64,000 nt of DNA from Thermoplasmata archaeon. Its GTDB lineage: Archaea; Thermoplasmatota; Thermoplasmata; RBG-16-68-12; JAFNFQ01. This document shows, piece by piece, positions 16,994 through 27,631 of the stretch. The stretch lies in assembly GCA_041489255.1 (NCBI GenBank), contig JBGPQV010000001.1, positions 256,001-320,000 on the forward strand. The letters are read 5' to 3'. The notes below the pieces were generated by a model. It made no database searches, had not been told where the DNA came from, and saw nothing but the letters and a program-made list of their open reading frames with translations. How positions within the stretch are numbered: the stretch's first letter is position 1; every line of letters starts with the position of its first letter. The position numbers and the translations under genes were made by a program.

Positions 16994-18145
16994 TCATGAC
17001 AGCCCGTGATACTTGAACGCTTTCCTCTTGACGCCGTCGACGACCTTCTTCACCGCACTCGACACAGCGCCGCCATCCTGTGTTTCCTCGGAATCCCTCA
17101 GCGTCCCGCCTTTCGGGGCGATCGCGTATGTGATCTTGCAGTACTCCATCCATTCGATCGGCAGGTCGTTTGCCAGCTCCTTCCCGAGCATCCTGGCGAA
17201 GAAGAGAGCCCATATCCTCGGGCAGATCATGATATCATAACCGCCGCCAGTCACCGCCACCCATCGCCCGCCGCCATATCTCCTCGAAATCTCGTCGAAG
17301 TCCCTGCCGATCTCCTCGTAAGCCCGCGTGGTCAGGTTCAGGTGGGCCAGCGGGTCGGCGAAGTGCGCGTCAGCGCCGAGCTGGGTGAACAACACCTCTG
17401 GCTTGAACGCCTCTGCCAAAGGGATGACGATTTCTTTGAAGGCATGCAGATAGCTCGCGTCTCCCGAGTATGGGGGCAACGGGACGTTCACGGTGTAGCC
17501 CTCCCCGTCACCCGTGCCGATCTCATCGATGTCGCCTGTCCCTGGGAATAAATAGTGACCGTCCTCGTGGATTGAGACTTTCAGGACTCGGGGATCGTCG
17601 ATGAATATCGATTGCACACCGTCTGCATGATGAACATCTATGTCGACGTACATCACCCTGCTCAGGCCATATTTTCCGAGCAACCGCTTTATGCCAACGG
17701 CAATATCATTCAGGAGACAAAACCCGGACGCTCTCGCAGGCATGGCATGGTGGAACCCGCCACCTAGGTTCATGGCCTTTTCCGTCTCCCCTTTCGCGAC
17801 CGCATCGCAGGCGAGCATGGTCCCGCCGACATGGAGGCTTGCCGCCTCGAACATCCCTGCGAACACCGGATTGTCCGAGATGCCCAGACCGTGTGAGAAC
17901 GATTGGCCGTCCGGGTGCTCGCTCAAGTGCTCGAGAACCTCTAGGTAGCCTCTGTCGTGCACGGCGATCAGGTCTTCGTATTCGGCGAGGCTGGGTTTCA
18001 TTTCGACCGCGCCCTTCGGCCCTATGAGCCCGTAATCCTGCATGAGCATCTTCGTGAGGAGGAGCCGCTCCTCCCTCATTGCATGCCCTTCCCCGAAATT
18101 GTATTTTAGGTACTTGTCATCATAGACAAGGACAGGGCTGGCCAT
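16994..18145 (-). CDS. Zn-dependent deacetylase (HDAC/AcuC family)
   Basis: GGFHHA, SGFCLLND, DIDVHHADG, QLGADAH, GGGY all intact. Confidence 0.93.
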   Translation of the reverse strand: MASPVLVYDDKYLKYNFGEGHAMREERLLLTKMLMQDYGLIGPKGAVEMKPSLAEYEDLIAVHDRGYLEVLEHLSEHPDGQSFSHGLGISDNPVFAGMFEAASLHVGGTMLACDAVAKGETEKAMNLGGGFHHAMPARASGFCLLNDIAVGIKRLLGKYGLSRVMYVDIDVHHADGVQSIFIDDPRVLKVSIHEDGHYLFPGTGDIDEIGTGDGEGYTVNVPLPPYSGDASYLHAFKEIVIPLAEAFKPEVLFTQLGADAHFADPLAHLNLTTRAYEEIGRDFDEISRRYGGGRWVAVTGGGYDIMICPRIWALFFARMLGKELANDLPIEWMEYCKITYAIAPKGGTLRDSEETQDGGAVSSAVKKVVDGVKRKAFKYHGLS

Positions 18146-18184
18146 CGACGCGCCATGTCCCCCAACATCTAAAGCCTTAGCCCC

Positions 18185-18928
18185 TCAGATGAGCCATCCA
18201 CCCGTTACGTTGATGACGTCACCGGTGACGAAACCCGCCTCATCGGAGACGAGGAAAGCCACGGCGGCGGCGATGTCCCACGAAGTCCCCGGCCTGCCGA
18301 CCGAGGTCTCTTTGTCTTTGACCTCGAGTGCCTCCTTGACGGTCCTCTCCTTGTCCGCGACGACGCCGGGAGCGACCGCGTTGACCGTGATCCCGCTCCT
18401 CCCGACCTCTCGGGCGAGCGACTTGGTGAACGCGACGACTCCCGCCTTCGCGGCATAGAACGCGGACATGCCGGACGCCCCGTGCGCCCTGTATGCGCCC
18501 GCGGCGGCGAGATTCACTATCCTTCCCCACTTTTGCTTCTTCATGATCGGCAACACCTGCCTGGAGCACAGGAACGCGGCGGTGACGCTCGTGTCCAAGA
18601 CCCTCCGCCATTCACCGAGCGACATCGCCTCCACATCCTTTGTAATCCAATCGCCAACGTTGTTGACCAAGATGTCGAGTCGGCCAAAGTGAGTATGAAC
18701 CTTGTCCACGAGCTCGGCGACCTCCACCTCTCTCGTCACGTCTGCCTTGATGGCCAGAGCCTTGCGGCCCTTCGATTCGATTTCCTTGACAACCTCCAAC
18801 GCCTCTGCCTGACTGTGCAGATAGTTGACGGCGATGTCCGTCCCTTTCTCTGCTAGGGTCAGGGCTATGGCCCTTCCTATGCCTTTCGCTGCCCCCGTGA
18901 CCAGCGCCACGCGTACTGGGAGCGTCAC
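18185..18928 (-). CDS. Short-chain dehydrogenase/reductase (FabG-like, atypical active site)
   Basis: TGAAKGIG, LVNNVG, NAVAPG, VTGG. Confidence 0.88.
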   Translation of the reverse strand: MTLPVRVALVTGAAKGIGRAIALTLAEKGTDIAVNYLHSQAEALEVVKEIESKGRKALAIKADVTREVEVAELVDKVHTHFGRLDILVNNVGDWITKDVEAMSLGEWRRVLDTSVTAAFLCSRQVLPIMKKQKWGRIVNLAAAGAYRAHGASGMSAFYAAKAGVVAFTKSLAREVGRSGITVNAVAPGVVADKERTVKEALEVKDKETSVGRPGTSWDIAAAVAFLVSDEAGFVTGDVINVTGGWLI

Positions 18929-18989
18929 GGCTGGATGATGGACGGAGTCGGTATTAAGGCTGTTCGAAGACCGGCCTGAAAGGAGGGCC

Positions 18990-21900
18990 TTAGATTTCGT
19001 CTTCCTCCTCGGTCTCCGCCTCTTCGATCTCCACCTTCTTCTCCGCTCTCTTCTCTTCCTTGGGCATCTGTTTCGGCTGCTGCTTCTCCGGCTGCAACTC
19101 CTCCTCTTCCTCGATTTCGCCCAAGTCCTCCTGAGGACCCTGGAGAGCGCGAATCTTGCGGCTTATCGCGAAGTACATCCCGATGAGACCGACGAACAGC
19201 ATCACGATCAGCAACACCATCCCCATCATCAGCACGTTGCCCAGGCCGTCCAGGTCTGACTTGAGCGTCCTGATGTCGCCCGACGTCTGGTTGAGCGCGT
19301 CGAGCCTGCCCTGGATCGTGGTCAGCTGATTGTTGACATTGGTGATATCCTGACTCTGCTGGTTGATCGTGTCATTCATGTCTGCGATCTGGTTGTCCAG
19401 GTTATCGATTTGGTTGTTGAGGTCATTAATCATGCCGAGCAGCAACGTGATTTGATTCTGCAAGCCGGCGATATCAGGCGCGATGTAGGTCACGTCTCGC
19501 GTCTGCTGGTTCGTGTTGCCGGCCTGGTCGGTCGCCGTGATATAAATCGTATTGACTCCGTCAACCAAGAGGGCCACGATTGTATCGAAGCCTCCTGTCG
19601 AGTCCACCATAGCCATCTGTCCGTTGACTGTGATCGTTGCGCTGGGCTCGGTCGTTCCCCTGACCTCCACCGATGGGACTGTCGTCTGGTACAACGGCGC
19701 GGGCATCGCAATCGCCAGTGTCGGCGCGACCGTGTCGAGTGTGATGGTCTTGAGCACCGCCGCCATGTTCCCTGCGACGTCTGTCGCATTGACCCAGATG
19801 TTCTTCCCTCCGTCGCTTCCCAGGCCCACCGTCGTCGTGAAGCTGCCGTCGCCCGCCACCGCAACCGGTGCTGAGTTGACGGCCACAGTGGCAGAAGGCT
19901 CGGTCTGACCGGAGACAGTTAAGGCCGGATTGTTGGTGTACGCTCCTGTTGGAGACGTGATCGTCACGGCTGGCGATACCGTGTCCACGGTGACGCCGAT
20001 GATCTCGACATGGGCGTTACTAGCGGGATCTGTCGCCACTACCCGGATTGAATTGCTGCCTTCTTTCAATGCAATAGTGACCGCAAAATCACCGACATTG
20101 TTCACCGCAGCGTTGATGCCCTCAATCACGACCGACGCCCCTCGTTCGGTCGTGCCCGCCACCACCACCGTCCTCTCTTTGATGTAGGAACCTGCAGTGG
20201 GGGAGGTGACCGTGAGTGCTGGAGGTTGGGTGTCGAGTTCGATGTCCTTATGGAGCAAGGCGGTATTGCCGACCAAGTCTGTCGCCTCTATCTGAATGGT
20301 GTTCGGCCCCTCGACAAGGTTCGTCGAACTGCTGAACGCACCATTCGTGGTCGCTGTCGGCACTCCATTGATCAGCACCGTGGCGATGGTCGACTCCGTG
20401 TAACCGACCACGTTCACCGCAGGCTGATTCGTGATGCTGACCGCAGGAGACGTGAGGACTATGATGGGTGCCGAATTGTCCACACCGAACGTGAACATTA
20501 GTGAAGCGAGGTTCGGCGTGGTGGCGAGGTCGTACATCTGGATGTCCACCGTATGCTGTCCCTCGCTCAGCAGGAAGGTCAGGTTCCACCACAATTCTCC
20601 GGCCACGATTCTCGCAGACGAGGTCACATCGCGCCCGTCCAAGGTCAGGAGTATGCTGTTCATGTCGACGCCCGAGTAGAACGCTCCCCGAACGTCATCG
20701 AAGGAGACGTCGATTATCGGGACGTCGGATGTCCTGTAGTCGATTCCTGCCGAGGGTGAGTTCAGGGTTATCGTAGGCGGTGTCGTATCGCGCGCCATGA
20801 GCAGCACCGGCATCTCGATGGTCGTCGGCGCCCCCATTGGCCCGATGAAGATGACGCCATAGTAATCACCTTCGACATCGGGGATATCGTAGTCGATATC
20901 GAAAGTGTAAGGCGTGTTGGCGACGATTGGACCAGAGGGCACGTTCGCCGGATCCAGATCCAGTCCCGCTCTCAGGTCGACCGTCAGGTCGAAAGTCGCA
21001 CCCGGCATCGGCACGGTGAATCCGTGCACCTCGATTCTGTACGTCCCGTCGTCTGGCAGCGTCAGCTTCACCCTCTCGTTGGCTGTCGGCGAGGTCGAGG
21101 AACCGACGGGCACTTCGCCGCCGCCCGGCAGCTCGTAATACACGTAAAGGTCGAGATCGATGGGGAACGCCGAAGTCAATGTGATGTCCATCAGTCCCGC
21201 GTGAACAGAGTCGACAAGGAAGCTGACCCGTTCATCCTGGGTGATTGGATAGACATACGTTGTCGGCTCGGAGACCCCGTAGGCCCTGACCTCCATCCCG
21301 TCGGGCATATCCATCGTCGACATGAAGTCGAACGTCTTCACGCCCGAGCTCTGCGACAGCTGTTCGGTCCACGGGAATGGATTGACGTTCACGAAACCCG
21401 TCGCTCCCGAGAACACTTCCGAAGGCCCTTCGCCCGCGTAGAGGACGTTGTGCAGGGCAATCTCGTGCAGACCATTCGCGGCAGGCCCTGAGACCCATTC
21501 CTCCGGACCGCCTGTCGCCGTATTGAATAACCAAGTGCCCGCTCCTATGTTCATGTTCGGGCTGCCGCCGACTTGGGAAAGTGCGTATGGTCCGAAAAGG
21601 GAAGGCATCGCATTCGAGAAGTCGTCCGGGGTAGGACCGAATAATAGCGTGTCTATGTCGGTCGGATAGTTGTTCCATTTCGTGTGTATGAGGAAACGGG
21701 TGCCGCCCGTGATCGGCGTGCTGTCCGGCACGTCCATGAAATAGAACCGCCAATCCCCCGCTTCCGGTCGCCATGACCAGTCCTGGCCGCCATACATGCG
21801 GCCATTGTCATAGTAGCTCGTGTTGCTGGTGTCCTCCTGGAAGGTTATGTCCTGACTGTTCCCGGCGACGTTTATCACGATCGGTATGACCGTCTCGTTC

Positions 21901-24788
21901 GAACCGGTATCCTTGAGGATCACCATCGCGCTGTAGACGCCCACCGCGGCCGTTGGCGGCACACTCACCGTCACTCTGAGCGTCTGCGTCGCTCCGGCAC
22001 CGAGCGTCACGGTCGCCTTGTCTTCCGTGATCCACGCCGAATCAGCAAGCTCATAGAACTCCAGGACGACGTGAACCCTCGTGCTCGGAATCGCCGGATC
22101 CCGGTATCTGTGGATAACGCCGAACAGTAGAGCATCGTCGACCCTCGTGAACGGATCGTGCACGAATGCGTTCTGGACGTTCGAAAATCCGTATGCATAG
22201 GTGAACCTCATGTATTCTACCTGCCCGCCAACGTTGTCGAGCTCGCCCGAGTTCACCACACCGTTGCCGTTCAAATCGTCCCAATAAAGGCCGTTGCCAT
22301 TGAGGTCCTTCCAATCGTAGAACAGCGCCCTGTAAGCGCTGTTCATGGTGTAATCGTACTCTGGGTCGAACGATGCGAAGTCGGTGTACGCAATCCCCCG
22401 TACGAATTTGGTGGTCGGATAAGCCGAGAGCATCGCGCTGACGTTCCACAGGTAGTCGGGCCTATTGCTGCTGGGACTGCTTTCATCCGAGTTGTTCGAC
22501 CAGATGTCAAACGTCCGTTCTCCCGCCTTCCTGAGGACGGCATCCGAGATCGACCACTGCTGAGCCGAACCCCCTCGGTTCGTGAGCTGGAAATCTTTCC
22601 ATGTCGTGTCTCCTGCGCTCATCACATGCGCGAAAGAGGGGTAGTCAGTGCCTCTGTAGCCGCCAGGCGTCCAAGATGATGGTGAAGCACGCACCCCATA
22701 GAGTCCATTGGCAAGCATCGTCGAACGTTCCGCGTTCGTGAGCCCGGCACCCATGACGAGCGGATCATAGTTGATGTTATCCGCGCCGTTCATCAGGAAC
22801 TCCTTGACCATGGTGTTCGTGGGATACACGGACGCGCCTTGTTCGTAGGCGTCATAGATCAACGCAACAATGCCGGCAGTCGCGGGTGAGGACAAGCTCG
22901 TTCCTCCCCAGATGCTCCAGGAATTCGTGCCGTTGCTCTGGCCTGCGGATACGGTATTGATGGCGTTGTCGCCCGACGCCCATGCGCCCACAGTCACCAC
23001 GTCGGGATCGACGTTGCCCAGAGAACTCGGTCCCCGGTTGGACCACGGCTGGACATCGCCGAAGGTCCACATAGGCCCGTTCTCCCAGGTCGTCTTCGCC
23101 CCACTGTAGTAGCTGGTCGATGCACCCACCGATATCACCGATTTACTGCCGCCCGGCGGAGTCACAGTCCCGAACCCATAGCCGCCATTTCCCGTCGATG
23201 CAACGTAGGTCGTGCCGTCGTAGTACGAAGTCAGCAAGTCGATGAAGCGCGACTCGTAATCCCAGCCGTCATTGTCGACATTAGAGGTACCGTAGCTTGA
23301 GCTGCTTACCATCGCCTCGTCGCCAGTCCCCGGGACTCCGTCGTATCCCTCAGCGGCGAACGGGTAGATGTCCGTCCAGAAACCTCCGAAGTAGATGTCA
23401 CCAACGGCGACTATCCTGGCGTCGGGCGCGAAGCCCTGCACCCTTCCTGTCACATTCTGCGCCACCACAGCGGAGGAACACATGGTGCCGTGGTCTCCTC
23501 CCGCTGCATATGCATCACCAATCATGAATGCAGTCAAATTCCCGTTGCCAGGTATCGTATTAATCAGTCCGTAACGGTCCGCCACAACGTCCGAGTACGG
23601 AATGGGATTGACGCCGTTCGCGATGAAATAGATTAGACCGCCAGAAACGTCGGGCATTCCGTCGCCCCAATCCCAGGAGGATTCGTCATAGCCGCCGGTG
23701 CTCGCGTCCCTGTAGTCAGCGTAGGAGATTGGGCTGAAGATGTCCACGGGTTTGTCGTTAAGGAAGTTGTCATCGTCGTTGAGGTCGACGTAGATTGTAT
23801 CGTAGACGAATGGAACCGCGCTGTCTGTCAGAAGGACGCCTGGGCTGTGGCTGCCGAACCTCGCCGCCAGCGTCGGCGCCGGGTGTACGCCGAGATGGTA
23901 CCAACCGCTCGCGCTCGGGACGCTGGTGACGTTGTAGTTCCTATCATTGAAGAGTGGCAGGAGACCGTTGACATCAGCCGTGGCATTGAAACTCGTGTCG
24001 ACGTACCACGAGGGGGCCGCAGGGTATGAAGCCCCGCCGAAATAGAGGTAAACGTACATCGAGAACGGATCGAACGCAATCGGCCAGAGATAGTAGGGCG
24101 AGGAGGTGTTCTCCTCAATGGCCCACGTACCCAACAGGTCAGGATTGGCGAAGTCGACGCCCGAATCCAAGATTGCGACCCTGACGTCAGAGCCCGTGAA
24201 GCCTCTCGCCCAGGCGTCCGTCACATGGTGGCCCTGGGCCGCTCTTATTGTGTTCACGCCGGGTTCGGCCGCACTGTCTGGACTCTCCTGACGTCCATTC
24301 TCCGATTCCGGATTGAGTATCTCCAGTGGCTGCGGGACCACGAACAACGATACCCCACCGACGCTGTCGAGATAGGCTATCTTGGCTGCGATGACTGCAG
24401 GCATGTCGACGATCACGGGTCGGAGGCCCGTGCTTTTTGAGGGCGCCTTGCCAACCGGGGTATCCACGCCCATCGCCCTCAGCGTTCTGCCGAGTGCCGC
24501 AGGGTCCGTTGTGTAGACTGTGACCCTGACCACCTGCTCCGGATTTTGCATGATCATGTCCTTGAGGCTCACGGAGATCTTGTTCAAGTATGACGTGTCA
24601 GGATAGAGGCCGCTTAGGCTGGTGAACGGCGACACCTGATTCTTCTCGCTCTGGCTTGCCGTCGCCGTGGCGGTGACGGTTCTTGATGCCGAGACCCGTG
24701 GCACCGAGACCAAGACCGCGAGCGACGATATCAAGACCAACGCTGCGACGACGATTGCCCCACTTCTTCCACCGACCGCTGTCTTCAT
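18990..24788 (-). CDS. Large membrane-anchored S8 serine protease (pyrolysin-like, ~1930 aa)
   Basis: Signal peptide; triad VAILDSG, HGTMC, GGTSLSSP; PPC-like DLDLYV; Ig-like repeats; heptad stalk; TM helix; acidic tail. Start set at ATG 24788 downstream of GGAGG. Confidence 0.9.
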   Translation of the reverse strand: MKTAVGGRSGAIVVAALVLISSLAVLVSVPRVSASRTVTATATASQSEKNQVSPFTSLSGLYPDTSYLNKISVSLKDMIMQNPEQVVRVTVYTTDPAALGRTLRAMGVDTPVGKAPSKSTGLRPVIVDMPAVIAAKIAYLDSVGGVSLFVVPQPLEILNPESENGRQESPDSAAEPGVNTIRAAQGHHVTDAWARGFTGSDVRVAILDSGVDFANPDLLGTWAIEENTSSPYYLWPIAFDPFSMYVYLYFGGASYPAAPSWYVDTSFNATADVNGLLPLFNDRNYNVTSVPSASGWYHLGVHPAPTLAARFGSHSPGVLLTDSAVPFVYDTIYVDLNDDDNFLNDKPVDIFSPISYADYRDASTGGYDESSWDWGDGMPDVSGGLIYFIANGVNPIPYSDVVADRYGLINTIPGNGNLTAFMIGDAYAAGGDHGTMCSSAVVAQNVTGRVQGFAPDARIVAVGDIYFGGFWTDIYPFAAEGYDGVPGTGDEAMVSSSSYGTSNVDNDGWDYESRFIDLLTSYYDGTTYVASTGNGGYGFGTVTPPGGSKSVISVGASTSYYSGAKTTWENGPMWTFGDVQPWSNRGPSSLGNVDPDVVTVGAWASGDNAINTVSAGQSNGTNSWSIWGGTSLSSPATAGIVALIYDAYEQGASVYPTNTMVKEFLMNGADNINYDPLVMGAGLTNAERSTMLANGLYGVRASPSSWTPGGYRGTDYPSFAHVMSAGDTTWKDFQLTNRGGSAQQWSISDAVLRKAGERTFDIWSNNSDESSPSSNRPDYLWNVSAMLSAYPTTKFVRGIAYTDFASFDPEYDYTMNSAYRALFYDWKDLNGNGLYWDDLNGNGVVNSGELDNVGGQVEYMRFTYAYGFSNVQNAFVHDPFTRVDDALLFGVIHRYRDPAIPSTRVHVVLEFYELADSAWITEDKATVTLGAGATQTLRVTVSVPPTAAVGVYSAMVILKDTGSNETVIPIVINVAGNSQDITFQEDTSNTSYYDNGRMYGGQDWSWRPEAGDWRFYFMDVPDSTPITGGTRFLIHTKWNNYPTDIDTLLFGPTPDDFSNAMPSLFGPYALSQVGGSPNMNIGAGTWLFNTATGGPEEWVSGPAANGLHEIALHNVLYAGEGPSEVFSGATGFVNVNPFPWTEQLSQSSGVKTFDFMSTMDMPDGMEVRAYGVSEPTTYVYPITQDERVSFLVDSVHAGLMDITLTSAFPIDLDLYVYYELPGGGEVPVGSSTSPTANERVKLTLPDDGTYRIEVHGFTVPMPGATFDLTVDLRAGLDLDPANVPSGPIVANTPYTFDIDYDIPDVEGDYYGVIFIGPMGAPTTIEMPVLLMARDTTPPTITLNSPSAGIDYRTSDVPIIDVSFDDVRGAFYSGVDMNSILLTLDGRDVTSSARIVAGELWWNLTFLLSEGQHTVDIQMYDLATTPNLASLMFTFGVDNSAPIIVLTSPAVSITNQPAVNVVGYTESTIATVLINGVPTATTNGAFSSSTNLVEGPNTIQIEATDLVGNTALLHKDIELDTQPPALTVTSPTAGSYIKERTVVVAGTTERGASVVIEGINAAVNNVGDFAVTIALKEGSNSIRVVATDPASNAHVEIIGVTVDTVSPAVTITSPTGAYTNNPALTVSGQTEPSATVAVNSAPVAVAGDGSFTTTVGLGSDGGKNIWVNATDVAGNMAAVLKTITLDTVAPTLAIAMPAPLYQTTVPSVEVRGTTEPSATITVNGQMAMVDSTGGFDTIVALLVDGVNTIYITATDQAGNTNQQTRDVTYIAPDIAGLQNQITLLLGMINDLNNQIDNLDNQIADMNDTINQQSQDITNVNNQLTTIQGRLDALNQTSGDIRTLKSDLDGLGNVLMMGMVLLIVMLFVGLIGMYFAISRKIRALQGPQEDLGEIEEEEELQPEKQQPKQMPKEEKRAEKKVEIEEAETEEEDEI

Positions 24789-24977
24789 TCCCTTGACCTC
24801 CTTTGATAAGACAGAGCAACACAGTTGCTCAGCGAAATTCGATATTCCCCGCATGCTGCGTGCACCGGGATGAGGGGCGCAACATCGAGCGGCGTAATAA
24901 AAGTTGGTGCACCACATCCCGTTCGAAGGGAGGCGGCAAGGCGAGGTTTAATGAATGCGCATGCCCTCCTCCGCTTC

Positions 24978-27077
24978 ATGAAGCACCGACTCGAGCCAGT
25001 GTTCTTTCCTCGTGCAATCGCTGTCATCGGGGCATCCCGCCACAAGGAGAAAGTGGGCTACGCGATCATGCACAACCTCGTCGTGAACGAGTATCAAGGC
25101 ACTCTGTTTCCGATCAATCCGAATGCCGAGTCCGTTCACTCCGTCAAGTGCTACCCGAGCATCTCTGAGGTGCCGGGACCGGTCGATCTGGCCATCATCG
25201 TCGTGCCCGCGGCGCACGTGCTGGAGGTGATGGAAGAGTGCGGCAAGAAAGGGGTCAGGGGCGCTGTCGTCATCACCGCCGGTTTCAAGGAGACCGGCGG
25301 GAAGGGAGAGACGCTGGAGAGGCAGCTCAGGGCTGTCGTCAGGAAGCACGGCATGGCGATGATCGGACCGAACTGCATGGGCATCATCAACACGCACAAG
25401 GATATCCAGATGGATGCCACATTCGCTCCGACGCCGCCCCTGCCAGGACACATCTCCTTCATGTCCCAGAGCGGCGCGCTCGGTGTGGGCATTCTCGACC
25501 ATGCGACCACGCTGAGGCTGGGCATCAACCAGTTCGTCAGCCTAGGCAACAAAGCCGATGTGTCTGGCAATGACTTGCTGGAGTACTGGCAGCAGGATCC
25601 CAACACCAAGATCATTCTGATGTACATCGAGAATGTTGGAAATCCCGGCAACTTCCTGAAAATCGCACGGAGGCTGACGAAGAAGAAACCGGTAATCGCC
25701 GTCAAGTCCGGGAAGACGGAAGCGGGCGCTAAAGCCGCCTTGAGCCATACGGCCTCATTGGCGGGAAGCGACGTGGCCGTGGACGCGCTGTTCCATCAAT
25801 GCGGCGTGATCCGTGTGGATACAATCGAGGAGCTCTTCGACATGGCCATGGCGTTTTCTCACCAGCGCCTGCCCAAGGGCAAGCGCGTTGCGCTCGTGAC
25901 TGACGCCGGAGGACCTGGCATCATGGCAACAGACGTGCTGGTGAGCATGGGCATGGAGATTGCACATCTGAGACAGGATACGCTCGATGAAATCAGGAAA
26001 CATGTTGTTGACGAAGCGATAGTGTCGAATCCGGTCGACCTGACCGCGCACGGGAATCCGGACAGCTACGGACACGCACTCGACGCGGTGCTCCGGGACG
26101 ATGGCGTGGATTCCGCGCTTGCGATATTCGTCCCGCCGCTGCCCCATGAGGAGATACCCGTGGCTCAGGCGATCTGGCAGACCGCGAAGAAACACAGCAA
26201 GCCGGTGCTTTGCTGCTTCCTCACGAAAAATGAGGAATCCCCTGGGTTCGTCGAGCTTGTGACGAACGGCATCCCGGCCTTCCTTTTTCCGGAGAGCGCC
26301 GCGACGGCCCTCGCGACGATGACGCGCTATACGGAGTACCTCAAGCGCGACGAGGGTTCGTTCAAGAGCTTCAAGGTCCAGAAGAGCGCAGCGGCCAAGA
26401 TCATCAAGTCGGCCAGGGACACCGGCGGGCAACGTGTCAGGGAGAAGGAAGCCTTGGACCTCTTCAAGGACTACGGGTTCGATGTGGCCAAGAGCCTGTT
26501 CGCGAAGAACAAGGAGGACGCGCTGAAGTGCGCGAAGAGCATCGGCTATCCTGTCGTCGTGAAGGCGGTCGGGCCGAAACTAATCCACAAGACCGAGTTC
26601 AAAGCTGTGGCGGTGAACATCAAGAGCGAAAGGGCACTCAAGGCGACCTTGAACGAGATGTGCGGGAGATTCACCTCGCAGGGCGTCGAGACTGACGGGT
26701 TCCTCGTGCAGGAGATGGTCAAGGGAGGAATGGAATGCATCCTTGGCATGAAGTCCTACAAGCACTTCGGACACCTGCTCGCATTCGGCCTCGGAGGGAT
26801 ATTCGTGGAGTACCTCAAGGACGTGAGCTTCGCGCTCGCGCCGACCACGGACATGGACGCGAAACGCATGATCCAGTCGATAAAGACCTACCCGCTGCTG
26901 AAGGGGGCGCGCGGTGGCCCAGCCATGGACGAGGCCTCCTTGCAGGACGCGATACTCAGGCTATCCCAGCTGGTCGGGGAGCAGGAGGGCATCGAGGAGA
27001 TAGACATCAATCCCTTGATCGTGCTGCCTGACGGTAAGGGCTGCAAGGTCGTGGACGCAAGGGTAATCCTCCGCTGA
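24978..27077 (+). CDS. Acetate--CoA ligase (ADP-forming), fused alpha/beta
   Basis: IAVIGAS, GPNCMG, SQSGA, SLGNKAD, SHTASLAG (phospho-His), GYPVVVK, HKTE, DINPL. Confidence 0.92.
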   Translation: MKHRLEPVFFPRAIAVIGASRHKEKVGYAIMHNLVVNEYQGTLFPINPNAESVHSVKCYPSISEVPGPVDLAIIVVPAAHVLEVMEECGKKGVRGAVVITAGFKETGGKGETLERQLRAVVRKHGMAMIGPNCMGIINTHKDIQMDATFAPTPPLPGHISFMSQSGALGVGILDHATTLRLGINQFVSLGNKADVSGNDLLEYWQQDPNTKIILMYIENVGNPGNFLKIARRLTKKKPVIAVKSGKTEAGAKAALSHTASLAGSDVAVDALFHQCGVIRVDTIEELFDMAMAFSHQRLPKGKRVALVTDAGGPGIMATDVLVSMGMEIAHLRQDTLDEIRKHVVDEAIVSNPVDLTAHGNPDSYGHALDAVLRDDGVDSALAIFVPPLPHEEIPVAQAIWQTAKKHSKPVLCCFLTKNEESPGFVELVTNGIPAFLFPESAATALATMTRYTEYLKRDEGSFKSFKVQKSAAAKIIKSARDTGGQRVREKEALDLFKDYGFDVAKSLFAKNKEDALKCAKSIGYPVVVKAVGPKLIHKTEFKAVAVNIKSERALKATLNEMCGRFTSQGVETDGFLVQEMVKGGMECILGMKSYKHFGHLLAFGLGGIFVEYLKDVSFALAPTTDMDAKRMIQSIKTYPLLKGARGGPAMDEASLQDAILRLSQLVGEQEGIEEIDINPLIVLPDGKGCKVVDARVILR

Positions 27078-27109
27078 CCGCGTTCGGAAGCGAGATAAAT
27101 CGGACATGC

Positions 27110-27631
27110 ATGTCGTCATGCATGACCGAAACAAGGTTCTCTCTGCCGTTCCGTGGCGGAAGCGTGACCGTTGTTGAGAGGGACGGGGCAGTCTTCCAGG
27201 TCGGCATCTCCGGCGCGCGCCCGACGGGGAACACCCCGCGTACAGGGCTCGCAGGGGACATGAGGAGGTATCTGGCGGGCGAGAAAGTGTCATTCGACCG
27301 GTACAAGGTGGATTACTCAGGATATACCGAGTTCCGGAAGCACGTCTTGAAGACGGCGCGGAGGATACCGCATGGAGAAATCCGCAGCTACGGACAGGTC
27401 GCCGAGGCTGCCGGCAAGCCGCGGGCATACAGGGCCGTGGGCTCGACCATGGCGAACAACCGGATCTGCATAATCGTGCCTTGTCACAGGGTCGTTGGAG
27501 CCAACGGCCTCGGAGGGTTCACCGGATCACTGGATCACAAGATTGCGCTGCTTGAACTCGAAGGAATCTCGAAGGAACGCTGGCTCACTCGGAAATATCA
27601 GGGAAATGATGCGGAAAAATCCTCGCGGTGA
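27110..27631 (+). CDS. ogt: Methylated-DNA--protein-cysteine methyltransferase
   Basis: IPHGEIRSYG, RAVG, IVPCHRVV, LLELEG. Confidence 0.93.
   Translation: MSSCMTETRFSLPFRGGSVTVVERDGAVFQVGISGARPTGNTPRTGLAGDMRRYLAGEKVSFDRYKVDYSGYTEFRKHVLKTARRIPHGEIRSYGQVAEAAGKPRAYRAVGSTMANNRICIIVPCHRVVGANGLGGFTGSLDHKIALLELEGISKERWLTRKYQGNDAEKSSR

Noticed and set aside
24825-24977. N-terminal extensions of the acetate-CoA ligase and subtilase ORFs
   Set aside because: The extensions would overlap head-to-head; later ATG starts (24978, 24788) leave a normal divergent promoter.
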